Below, piece by piece: positions 12,124 through 24,500 of a stretch of 64,000 bases of DNA. This DNA is from Macrostomum hystrix (Eukaryota; Animalia; Platyhelminthes). A program made the translations under genes and the position numbers. Numbering within the stretch: the first letter of the stretch is position 1; each line of letters begins with the position of its first letter. The notes beneath the pieces are model-generated. The model saw only the letters and a program-made list of their open reading frames with translations. It had not been told where the DNA came from and made no database searches. The stretch spans positions 806,001 through 870,000 of the forward strand of contig CATNEN010000001.1 in NCBI GenBank assembly GCA_950097015.1, written 5' to 3'.

Positions 12124-13701
12124 TAGGAGAATATATTATTAAACACAGACGTGTGACATCTTGTTCAGTGAAGAAAAGCAATATCTAGCACAATGCTCTA
12201 GTTGGTAAAACTTATTGCAAACGTTTGACGAATTCGTAACTAAGATTGGAAACAAAAATTCTGTCAGTTTTTATTGAAAAAAGAGATAAGAGATAAAAAA
12301 GGAGAGAAGCCATTCCTTGACCTTACACGATGATATGGCTGGACCTACGAACAGTTTGTATTTAACCAATGGACACTGCAGAGATATGAAAATATCGATG
12401 AAAAGCGACTAGATTGACTTGACTGGGTAACTGCGACTCATTAAGATTATGAAATAAGGATTATAGGAGTGAAGAAAGTATCGATTCTCACGCAACGATC
12501 ACCACGCAAACTACTCTACTAAAAGTAACACAGGAAAATATGAAACTTAAAATGTCCAAAAAGTCTGGTTGAACTGTGGGCGTCAGATTCACCCACCTCA
12601 CACATTTTTTTCGAGTGGAAACCCATGGGTGCGACAATTCGCACACCTGGTTAAAGATAGTAATGATTATGTAGGTCATAAAATAACAAATGAATAGTGA
12701 ATAAATTTCACTTTTTTGTTCTCAAAGTGTGTCGCATTGTGAGTCACTATAGTTCATGACTAATGTCAGTAAGTTGCGACTTTTTTAAAATCAATGTACC
12801 GTGACAACCAGGTGACAAAAACCACCGATTTAGACATAATCTTTCCGCTCACTAAATTTCATCATATAGAACCATGTCTGCTTCACAAGTTATGTCAATC
12901 AGTCGCAGGGACCTTCGTTCTCAGCGTCCCAGTCACCGGGGTCTCCAGAGCATCGGTGGCGACCGTCGGGACCTTCAACAAAAGCTTTGGGGAATTCAGC
13001 CGCCTTTGAGATGTCGATCGAGTGGTTTTCATATAGCAGCTATAATAATTTTACCATGTGATTGATTTAATTTTTATCAAATGAATATTATTTTTGAAGT
13101 TTACTTACGTTTCCCAAGTAACCACTTTATTGGGAAATCATATTTTTGGGAAATTTTCGACCTCAGCTGAGACTGACAGCTAAATTAAAGAAGAAATCCT
13201 GAAGGATTTTGAGCTAAACCCTACCTTTTCTGCTTCCTCTAAGTAAATAAATTGCGATTTAGAGGGCCTAATCTATCAAAGTCTGGAAGTGTAGGAGCAA
13301 GGAAAAATGATTGAACACTCGGTAACGGCCTTTTAACAGTGAAAATTTTACTGCATCATCAGAATTTGGAATGTTACATTGTGTAATTTGTAACGAGTTA
13401 GTTTACTTGACTATATGGCTTAGAAATCTGGCTTAGAAAAATTATAGACTACAGCTGCTTGCAAACCCACGGGTATCCATTTCCCTAGGAAGTTGCAGCG
13501 ATAACAAACTCCTGCTATGAATATGGCATTCTGTACTGCCCATAATCTGCACTGTTCATATATTCTCGTAGGTAAAATATGCTTACAAACTAGCGAGCAC
13601 TTGAGAGTGACAACTGAAGGCTTTGAAGGCCAGTCCAATACAGGCGAATTCTATCGATATTTGGCTATTCAGTAAAGATAAAAATAAAGTAAATTAAAAA
13701 A

Positions 13702-14844
13702 AATGACAAGTCGATTCCTGGAAATGACAAGTCGATTCCTGGAAATGACAATTCGATTCCTGGAAATGACAAGTCGATTCCTGGAAATGACAATTCGATT
13801 CCTGGAAATGACAAGTCGATTCCTGGAAATGACAAGTCGATTCTTAAAAGGGACAAGCCCGTTCTTAGAAATGACAAGTCGGTTCCTGGGCATGACAAGC
13901 CGATTCCTGGAAATGACAAGTCGATTCCTGGAAAGGACAAGTCGATTCATGGAAATGACAAGTCGATTCCTGGAAATGACAAGTCGATTCCTGGAAATGA
14001 CAAGTCGATTCCTGGAAATGACAAGTCGATTCTTAAAAGTGACAAGCCCGTTCTTAGAAATGACAAGTCGGTTCCTGGGCATGACAAGCCGATTCCTGGA
14101 AATGACAAGTCGATTCCTGGAAAGGACAAGTCGATTCATGGAAATGACAAGTCGATTCCTGGAAATGACAAGTCGATTCCTGGAAATGACAAGTCGATTC
14201 CTGGAAATGACAAGTCGATTCCTGGAAATGACAATTCGATTCCTGGAAATGACAAGTCGATTCCTGGAAATGACAAGTCGATTCTTAAAAGTGACAAGCC
14301 CGTTCTTAGAAATGACAAGTCGGTTCCTGGGCATGACAAGCCGATTCCTGGAAATGACAAGTCGATTCCTGGAAAGGACAAGTCGATTCATGGAAATGAC
14401 AAGTCGATTCCTGGAAATGACAAGTCGATTCCTGGAAATGACAAGTCGATTCCTGGAAATGACAAGTCGATTCTTAAAAGTGACAAGCCCGTTCTTAGAA
14501 ATGACTAGTCGGTTCCTGGGCATGACAAGCCGATTCCTGGAAATGACAAGTCGATTCATGGAAATGACAAGTCGATTCCTGGAAATGACAAGTCGATTCC
14601 TGGAAATGACAAGTCGATTCATGGAAATGACAAGTCGATTCCTGGAAATGACAAGTCGATTCCTGGAAATGACAAGTCGATTCTTAAAAGTGACAAGCCC
14701 GTTCTTAGAAATGACAAGTCGGTTCCTGAGCATGAGAAGTCGATTCCTGGAAATGACAAGTCGATTCCTGGAAATGACAAGTCGATTCCTGGAAAGGACA
14801 AGTCGATTCCAGGAAATGACAAGTCGATTCCTGGAAATGACAAG
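13702..14844. repeat. 21-bp minisatellite GAAATGACAAGTCGATTCCTG with higher-order repeat
   Basis: Tandem units; a fixed variant block (TTCTTAAAAGTGACAAGCCCGTTCTTAG...GGGCATGAC) recurs 5 times. Confidence 0.96.
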
Positions 14845-15474
14845 CTAATTACGTCAACAAGTCAAGAAGGAAATATACTATTTCAGTTCGTGACCCAATT
14901 TATGCATTATTATTAATCTGGGCAAGCAATTATTCCAGGCAAAAGTAGAACCCAATGGGTCTAAACAGTAATTTATTAAATGTAAATTAAACACACATAA
15001 TGAACTTAGAACAGGTTATAATATTTATGAATCGACTAATTAACTGCTACTGCTTTATTCAGAGTCAGACCCACAGTGCAAATATGCACAATACAGCCAA
15101 TGATAAATGCTAATAACAGCCTAGTCCATGAGCCACCATGAATAAAATGCAGAAGTGTGAGTGTGGAGTGGGGTGGTCATTATGTTCAAATTCCTACGCA
15201 CCAATAGGAACCGACCATTTTTAACAAAAACTTTCTTTCCTTCTAGAAAATGTTAAGAGAGAAATAGAACGAAAGGACTAAGGAGGGACCACACACGCCC
15301 TCCTATTTCTCCCGATCCTGTCCAATCCGCTCTGTTTGAGAAGAGAAAAGATATAAAGCTGTTTGGTTTTTATGTGCATGCAGAATATTGGACAATAATT
15401 GCAATTTGCAGAGAGTTTAAGTTCAATTCAGGCGTGAAAATTGCGTTTTTCTGTCTACCAATTGCCTAAGAAAA

Positions 15475-15522
15475 ATGGGCAAGTTTGATTCTTGGTTAAA
15501 AAAGGCCACGGGACAACAGCAA

Positions 15523-15598
<76 letters not shown>

Positions 15599-18500
15599 TG
15601 CAGCAGCAGCAGCAATCAGAAAGACAATCAACAGCTGTTCGAAGTACTAGAACTCGGCAGAATAGCGGCCGGAGTCGCAGTGGCAACAGCAAAAGCAACA
15701 GCAGCAGAAGCAAAGGCGGCAACTTGCTGACTGTGGGTGGCGGCAGGGGCCGAAATTCGGGACTCAGGACTCGCCTTAGGTAAGAAAAAACATTCAGGCA
15801 CATCCTCAGGTCCCATTCAGCCACATCCTCAGGTCCCATTCAGATACAACCTTAGGACCCATTCAGCTACATCCTCAGGCCCATTCAGCCACATCCTCAG
15901 GTCCCATTCAGATACAACCTCAGGCCCCATTCAGCCACATCCTCAGGTCCCATTCAGATACAACCTCAGGCCCCATTCAGCCACATCCTCAGGTCCCATT
16001 CAGCCACATCCTCAGGCCCATTCAGCCACATCCTCAGGCCCCATTCAGCCACATCCTCAGGTCCCATTCAGCCACATCCTCAGGCCCCATTCAGATACAA
16101 CCTCAGGCCCCATTCAGCCACATCCTCAGGTCCCATTCAGATACAACCTCAGGCCCCATTCAGCCACATCCTCAGGTCCCATTCAGCCACATCCTCAGGC
16201 CCATTCAGCCACATCCTCAGGCCCCATTCAGCCACATCCTCAGGTACCATTCAGCCACATCCTCAGGTCCCATTCAGCCACATCCTCAGGTCCATATTAG
16301 CCACATCCTCAGGCCCCATTCAGCCACATCCTCAGGTCCCATTCAGCCACATCCTCAGGTCCCATTCAGCCACATCCTCAGGCCCATTCAGCCACATCCT
16401 CAATTCCCATTCAGATACACCCTCAGGCCCCATTCAGCCACATCCTCAGGTCCCATTCAGCCACATCCTCAGGTACCATTCAGCCACATCCTCAGGTACC
16501 ATTCAGCCACATCCTCAGGTACCATTCAGCCACATCCTCAATTCCCATTCAGATACAACCTCAGGCCCCATTCAGCCACATCCTCAGGTCCCATTCAGCC
16601 ACATCCTCAGGCCCATTCAGCCACATCCTCAATTCCCATTCAGATACACCCTCAGGCCCCATTCAGCCACATCCTCAGGTCCCATTCAGCCACATCCTCA
16701 GGTACCATTCAGCCACATCCTCAGGTACCATTCAGCCACATCCTCAGGTCCCATTCAGCCACATCCTCAGGTACCATTCAGATACATCCTCAGGTCCCAT
16801 TCAGCCACATCCTCAGGTCCCATTCAGATACATCCTCAGGTCCCATTCAGCCACATCCTCAAGTCCCATTCAGCCACATCCTCAGGTCCCATTCAGCCAC
16901 ATCCTCAGGCCCCATTCAGCCACATCCTCAGGTACCATTCAGATACATCCTCAGGTCCCATTCAGCCACATCCTCAGGTCCCATTCAGCCACATCCTCAG
17001 GTACCATTCAGATACAACCTCAGGCCCCATTCAGCCACATCCTCAGGTACCATTCAGATACATCCTCAGGTCCCATTCAGCCACATCCTCAGGTCCCATT
17101 CAGCCACATCCTCAGGTACCATTCAGCCACATCCTCAGGTCCCATTCAGCCACATCCTCAGGTACCATTCAGCCACATCCTCAGGTCCCATTCAGCCACA
17201 TCCTCAGGTCCCATTCAGCCACATCCTCAGGCCCATTGAGATACATCCTCAGGTCCCATTCAGATACATCCTCAGGTCCCATTCAGATACATCCTCAGGC
17301 CCCATTCAGCCACATCCTCAGGTCCCATTCAGCCACATCCTCAGGTCCCATTCAGCCACATCCTCAGGTCCCATTCAGCCACATCCTCAGGCCCCATTCA
17401 GCCACATCCTCAGGTCCCATTCAGCCACATCCTCAGGTCCCATTCAGCCACATCCTCAGGTCCCATTCAGCCACATCCTCAGGTACCATTCAGATACAAC
17501 CTCAGGCCCCATTCAGCCACATCCTCAGGTACCATTCAGCCACATCCTCAGGTCCCATTCAGCCACATCCTCAGGTACCATTCAGATACAACCTCAGGTC
17601 CCATTCAGCCACATCCTCAGGTACCATTCAGATACATCCTCAGGTCCCATTCAGCCACATCCTCAGGCCCATTGAGATACATCCTCAGGTACTATTCAGC
17701 CACATCCTCAGGTCCTATTCAGCCACATCCTCAGGCCCATTCAGATACAACCTCAGGTCCCATTCAGCCACATCCTCAGGTACCATTCAGATACAGCCAC
17801 TCACACACACACACACACACCCACACACCTGAACTGAACTATGAAAAAATGTATCTACTGTAAGGTGTGGATTTAAGGAGGTGGAAAAACTAGAGCGATG
17901 ACATGCTAGGCTGTAGGAAACAGAAAACTATAAGAGTCCAGTAGCTAGGCGTGACATTTTCACAATAAATTATTCACAAGATTTCAGTCAATTTTTCACC
18001 TTTTAAGTTATTCAAGACAAAGCTTAGTTTTACAAGTGGAAGCTATATGGCTGTGCTCAGTTGGACTATTGATGGAAAGTTATTGGCTAAGCAAAAAATG
18101 TTTAACTATAAAGCTAATCCATATCAAGTTTGAAAATATGTTTGCACTTTAGTGATAATCCACAATTCTGAGAATTGAAAGATTTAAGTAAGGGCTGATA
18201 GAACACGACCAGAGATTTTGAATGAACAATCATGGATTTGGTGTAAACAATCATGGATTTGGTGTAAACAATCATGGATTTGATGTAAACAATCATGGAT
18301 TTGATGTAAAAAATCATGGATTTGATGTAAACAATCATGGATTTGGTGTAAACAATCATGGATTTGGTGTAAACAAACATGGATTTGGTGTAAACAATCA
18401 TGGATTTGGTGTAAACAATCATGGATTTGGTGTAAACAATCATGGATTTGATGTAAACAATCATGGATTTGATGTAAACAATCATGGATTTGATGTAAAC

Positions 18501-21500
18501 AATCATGGATTTGATGTAAACAATCATGGATTTGATGTAAACAATCATGGATTTGATGTAAACAATCATGGATTTGATGTAAAAAATCATGGATTTGATG
18601 TAAAACATCATGGATTTGATGTAAACAATCATGGATTTGATGTAAACAATCATGGATTTGATGTAAACAATCATGGATTTGATGTAAACAATCATGGATT
18701 TGATGTAAACAATCATGGATTTGATGTAAACAATCATGGATTTGATGTAAACAATCATGGATTTGATGTAAACAATCATGGATTTGATGTAAACAATCAT
18801 GGATTTGATGTAAACAATCATGGATTTGATGTAAACAATCATGGATTTGATGTAAACAATCATGGATTTGATGTAAACAATCATGGATTTGATGTAAAAA
18901 ATCATGGATTTGATGTAAACAATCATGGATTTGATGTAAACAATCATGGATTTGATGTAAACAATCATGGATTTGATGTAAACAATCATGGATTTGATGT
19001 AAACAATCATGGATTTGATGTAAACAATCATGGATTTGGTGTGAACAATCATGGATTTGGTGTAAACAATCATGGATTTGATGTGAACAATCATGGATTT
19101 GATGTAAACAATCATGGATTTGATGTAAACAATCATGGATTTGATGTAAAAAATCATGGATTTGGTGTGAACAATCATGGATTTGATGTGAACAATCATG
19201 GATTTGGTGTAAACAATCATGGATTTGATGTGAACAATCATGGGTTTGTTGCAAACTATCATGAATTTGATGTGAACAATCATGGGTTTGTTGCAAACTA
19301 TCATGAATTTGATGTGAACAATCATGGATTTTGTGATAATAAACATGGATTCGGAGTGAACAATCATGGATTTGGAGTGAACAATCATGGATTTTGTGAG
19401 AAAAATAATGGATTTGGAGTGAACAATAATGGATTTGGAGTAAAAAACCTTGGATTTGGAGTGAGCAATCATGGATTTGGAGTGAAAAATCATGGATTTG
19501 GAGTGAACAATGGAGTTGGAGTGAACAATCATGGATTTGGAGTGAACAATCATGGATTTGGAGTGAACAATCATGGATTTGGAGTGAACAATCATGGAGT
19601 CGGAGTGAACAATCATGGAGTCGGAGTGAACAATCATGGAAGCGGAGTGAACAATCATGGAAGCGGAGTGAACAATCATGGAAGCGGAGTGAACAATAAT
19701 GGATTTGGAGTAAAAAACCTTGGATTTGGAGTGAGCAGTCATGGATTTGGAGTGAAAAATCTTGGATTTGGAGTGAACAATCATGGATTTGGAGTGAACA
19801 ATCATGGATTTGGAGTGAACAATCATGGAGTCGGAGTGAACAATCATGGAGTCGGAGTGAACAATCATGGAGTCGGAGTGAACAATCATGGAAGCGGAGT
19901 GAACAATCATGAATTTAGTATGAAGAACCATGAATTACTGTACATGGTCGCGTATTGTGTACGATTGAGTTTTCTTCAAAAAAAGAGAATAATTATATGA
20001 TATGCTCAGAAAGGGACAAAAGTTTGAGCAGTGAAGTTGAGTCGCCAAGACAAAATGCCAGATTTGATTATAAATTCTTCTATAATAGAAGGACAAATTT
20101 AATTAGAAAGACAAGATATTTATTAGATTATACGGGCGCATCGCATGTCTTTACATATCAATACGAGCTAGCTAGGTATATATTATAATTTAGATGAAAT
20201 TCTAGTGACGTCATAGAAATTAAGAGCTAAAAATAGATTTGCGTACAATCGTGAATTTACAAGAATTAAAACAAATAATTCGATGGCAATATTTCAGACG
20301 ACCAAGTCAGCTCGGTTTCGTGGCTGATCATTCGGCCACACCATCCAAGTCAATGCTCCAATCACTGCTCACCCTGTATGGTATGATCACGCTCATGCTG
20401 GGTGTGGTCATTCCAATTAGTGACGCACTGGCCAAGCCTGTACAGCACGCTGATTATAGACAGGTGAGTGTCACTTGTTAGAAGCTAAATTGTACATCGT
20501 GGGCATTGTAGGTTTGGGATTGTAAAATGCTGACTGAAGGGTTGGATTAGGGAACTGTGAGATTGTGGGATTATTAGATTGGGGGATGAAGGATTATGGA
20601 GTTGTTGGAAAAAAGTGTTATTTTAGGATTTTGGGATTGTAGGATTGTAGGACTGTAGGATTGTAGGATTGTAGGATTGTGGGTTTGTAGGATTGTATGA
20701 TTGTGGGATTGTAGGATTGTATTATTTTATGATTGTGGGATTGTAGGATTGTGGGATTGTAGGATTGTAGGATTGTAGGATTGTAGGATTGTAGGATTGT
20801 GGGATTGTAGGATTGTAGGATTGTGGGATTGTAGGATTGTGGGATTGTAGAATTGTAGGATTGTAGGATTGTAAGATTATAGGACTGTGGGATTGTGGGA
20901 TTGTAGGATTGTGGGATTGTAGGATTGTAGGATTGTAGGATTGTAAGATTATAGGACTGTGGGATTGTGGGATTGTTGGATTGTAGGATAGTGGGATTGT
21001 AGGATTGTGGGATTTTAGGTTTTGGGATGTTCGGATCATCAATGAAACGGATTTACTGGTGGGTATACATGTGGCTCACATATTTAGCTAGTCAATCTTA
21101 ACAGTATCATAGTAATTTACTGACAACCACTCCCACAATAAGTTATATTCCGTGTCTTAAAAATTCTGATACAAAATTTTCTTTATCAAAACGTATTTTC
21201 TCAAAAGAAAATTTATGTTGTTTCCCCTTTGGGAAAACAAACATATGTCAAACCTAAAATGGCCCTAAATGACCCTCGAATACGAGTATGATATTTCAAT
21301 AGCCTGTTTTATCAAAACTTTTGCCAGCTAAGTTTGCAAGCCAGATTTGGCCCAGGGATATACTCGTAATTCCAATCGAAGCCTTCTTGACCTTATCGCA
21401 ACATTGCCTGTCTGATAAACAATACAACTATACCTATGTTGACATTTCTAACGATAAGGGTTAGTTTGTTACAATAAAGGTTATTATTATAAAATCCTAC

Positions 21501-24500
21501 TAGTTGGTCACTGCACTCAAAGATGTCTGAACTGATAAGATTATAACAGTAACAGTGGGAGTGATTGTTTGATAACAAACTCGAAGTATAAGCCCACTAA
21601 TAGTTTTATAGTATTGTGTTTATCTGCTTTAGTTTAAAGACTTGTCCCTAACTGTCTGTCCCTAACTGTCTGTCCCTAACTGTCTGTCCCTAACTGTCTG
21701 TCCCTAACTGTCTGCCCTAACTGTCTGTCCCTAACTGTCTGTCCCTAACTGTCTGCCCTAACTGTCTGCCCCAACTGTCTGTCCCTAACTGTCTGTCCCT
21801 AACTGTCTGTCCCTAACTGTCTGTCCCTAACTGTCTGTCCTTAACTGTCTGTCCCTAACTGTCTGTCCCTAACTGTCTGTCCCTAACTGTCTGTCCCTAA
21901 CTGTCTGTCCCTAACTGTCTGTCCCTAACTGTCTGTCCCTAACTGTCTGTCCCTAACTGTCTGTCCCTAACTGTCTGTCCCTAACTGTCTGCCCTAACTG
22001 TCTGTCCCTAACTGTCTGTCCCTAACTGTCTGTCCCTAACTGTCTGCCCCAACAGTCTGTCCCTAACTGTCTGTCCCTAACTGTCTGTCCCTAACTGTCT
22101 GTCCCTAACTGTCTGTCCTTAACTGTCTGTCCCTAATTATCTGTCCTTAACTGTCTGTCCCTAACTGTCTGTCCCTAACTGTCTGTCCCTAATTATCTGT
22201 CCTTAACTGTCTGTCCCTAACTGTCTGTCCTTAACTGTCTGTCCCTAACTGTCTGTCCCTAACTGTCTGTCCCTAACTGTCTGTCCCTAACTGTCTGTCC
22301 CTAACTGTCTGTCCTTAACTTTCTGTCCCTAACTGTCTGTCCCTAACTGTCTGTCCTTAACTGTCTGTCCCTAACTGTCTGTCCTTAACTGTCTGTCCCT
22401 AACTGTCTGTCCCTAACTGTCTGTCCTTAACTTTCTGTCCCTAACTGTCTGTCCCTAAATGCCTAATTACATTGTATATATTTAAGTCTCTAGTCGTTAA
22501 TCCTCAGTGTAGTTTAGCCTAAATACTAATGAAAGGCGGAGGTAAATTGTACTCTGCGAGTTTCTAGACCAAAGAACCCAAACTCCATCCAGATGTTCTA
22601 CATCTTCATGCACGGCGTTGGCGCAATCAGCATCATGTACCTCGACGCGTTGATCGCCTTTCACAAGAGCGATCCGGCGAGAAACTTGGCCGCTGCCAGG
22701 TTCAACGCGCTGACTGGCGGTCATTTGCCAACAGTGCCAGAGATCCACTGCGAGGATGTGTCAGCCACACCGCCAGACACGCCGATGGCGACCGCCGCAG
22801 CCACTGAGATTGAGTTGGCCGCGGCAAACACACAAAACAGCAGGCAGGTGCCCATCTTTGAAAATGATGACAACGACAACGTCAACAATGACGAGGAGGT
22901 CGACGATGACGACGATAATCCAAGTAGAAAACTTCGACGAACCTCGGCCGAACCAGCCGAGACTGTCTCCGCCACGACAGCCGACATCGCCGAGACGCAG
23001 ATGCTGCTGCTGCGGCCGCTGCCATTCTGTGGCGGCGAATCTGGCTCGGCTACGTCGATGGACTCAGCAACTGGAACAGCGACGATGACAGCCACGGCTA
23101 CTGGCGCAGCCACATGCGGCGGTACTCGCACCAACTCGAAATGTCAAAGATTTTTCGACGGTTTTAGGCGAAGATTGAAACTGACTAGATTGGCCGTCGA
23201 AGAGAAGATTGGTGAGTTTGTAGGAATAACACCACGACTCATAAAATATATGTTTATACTAATCTAGCGTAGATAGACAGATGTAAACAAATTTAATAAT
23301 AATAATGATAATTGCAGGAGTGCTGCGGGCACATCATTTGGTGACACTAGACCTACAGCCAGTGAGATGTCAATTCTGCCCATTTCGCTGACTCCTGAGC
23401 ACACATGCACACAGATACCGTACGCAGGCACACGCTCACACATGTGTGTGCATTCTCATCCCTGACTTTCTCATCGTCATGCAGTGTACATTTCACTGTG
23501 CCTTGGAGGTTGGCCCTCAAAGTCGAAAATTGAATGGCAAGCCCTTAAGCCTTCTCTCCGCGGCTGCGCCCCAAATAAATGTGGCCTCGCCGCGGAATCG
23601 AGCTCATGGCCTTGGTGTGTTAGACTGCTCTGCCATTAGTAAACCAATGGTCGGATGTTCACCTTGAGCGGGTTAACACCTTAAGCTAAATGTACACCAA
23701 CAGCAGAAGAAAGTCTATAGACAAACGTACGTCGATTGCCGAATGTACATTTATGTACATCAATGTAAAAATTTTCTTTTTGTCTCTAGATCGAATAAAG
23801 AAACGACGTGACGGTCGTCGTATCACCTGGTCGGCAGCCGGTGTTAACATCTACCTGCGTCTAGGATCTGTCAGTGAGTTCTCGATCGTCAGCTTACTAA
23901 TTATTATCAATAAATATTTGAAAGAAATTTCATACACCGGCAATTTCCTGGACTTCAAACGCGCAGTATTCGGTTTCGGAGTCATGGTTCACGACGGGTT
24001 TAAAATAGTCGACGTGCTAGAGAAACGGGAAACGGCCGACTGTGCGGGTCCCTGGTTCCTGCCCAAACAGATTATTCACCTGCTGTTCATTGTAAGCCAG
24101 ACCTACTATCTGTTTAAGCATCACAGGGTAAGTAATTTGTCCTCTTATTTTCAACGGCGTAAATATCTTACTTTGAGTAGTTGTGCACGATCTTATACGT
24201 GCATGCTGGAATTTTGTGTGGTGCACTTTGAAAGCCAAAAAAAGAAAAAATTGAAATAGGTAAAAATTTAGAGACATACTAGAAATACTTGAAGTAGTAA
24301 TATTCAGCAAAGTAAACTTAAAATACAATAAAAAAGTAAAAAAGTAAATAAAAAAGTTCTATTGCAATAAAATTTGCATTTTTATTCGAAGCTGTTAATA
24401 AATTTAATACTTTTAACACATCTTTTCTGAAGACAAAGTTATAAATCCAATTTTCGTCCCAATTTTGTTATTTCGTTACGCTCTTTAAATACACCTACAT

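Noticed and set aside
10465-12181. 553-aa (VIGS)n/(ITDP)n ORFs and resemblance of TCAGTGATAG to the tetO operator
   Set aside because: 12-bp repeat open in several frames; it lacks the palindromic tetO left half, so the match is coincidental and not vector sequence.
13702-14844. CRISPR-like array
   Set aside because: No unique spacers and no cas genes; eukaryotic tandem repeat. The same applies to all other arrays here.
18114-20000. 592-aa (NNHGFDV)n ORF as a repeat protein or alternative exon
   Set aside because: Open on both strands because of the 21-bp unit; no synonymous-biased variation or convincing splice sites; lies in otopetrin intron 1.
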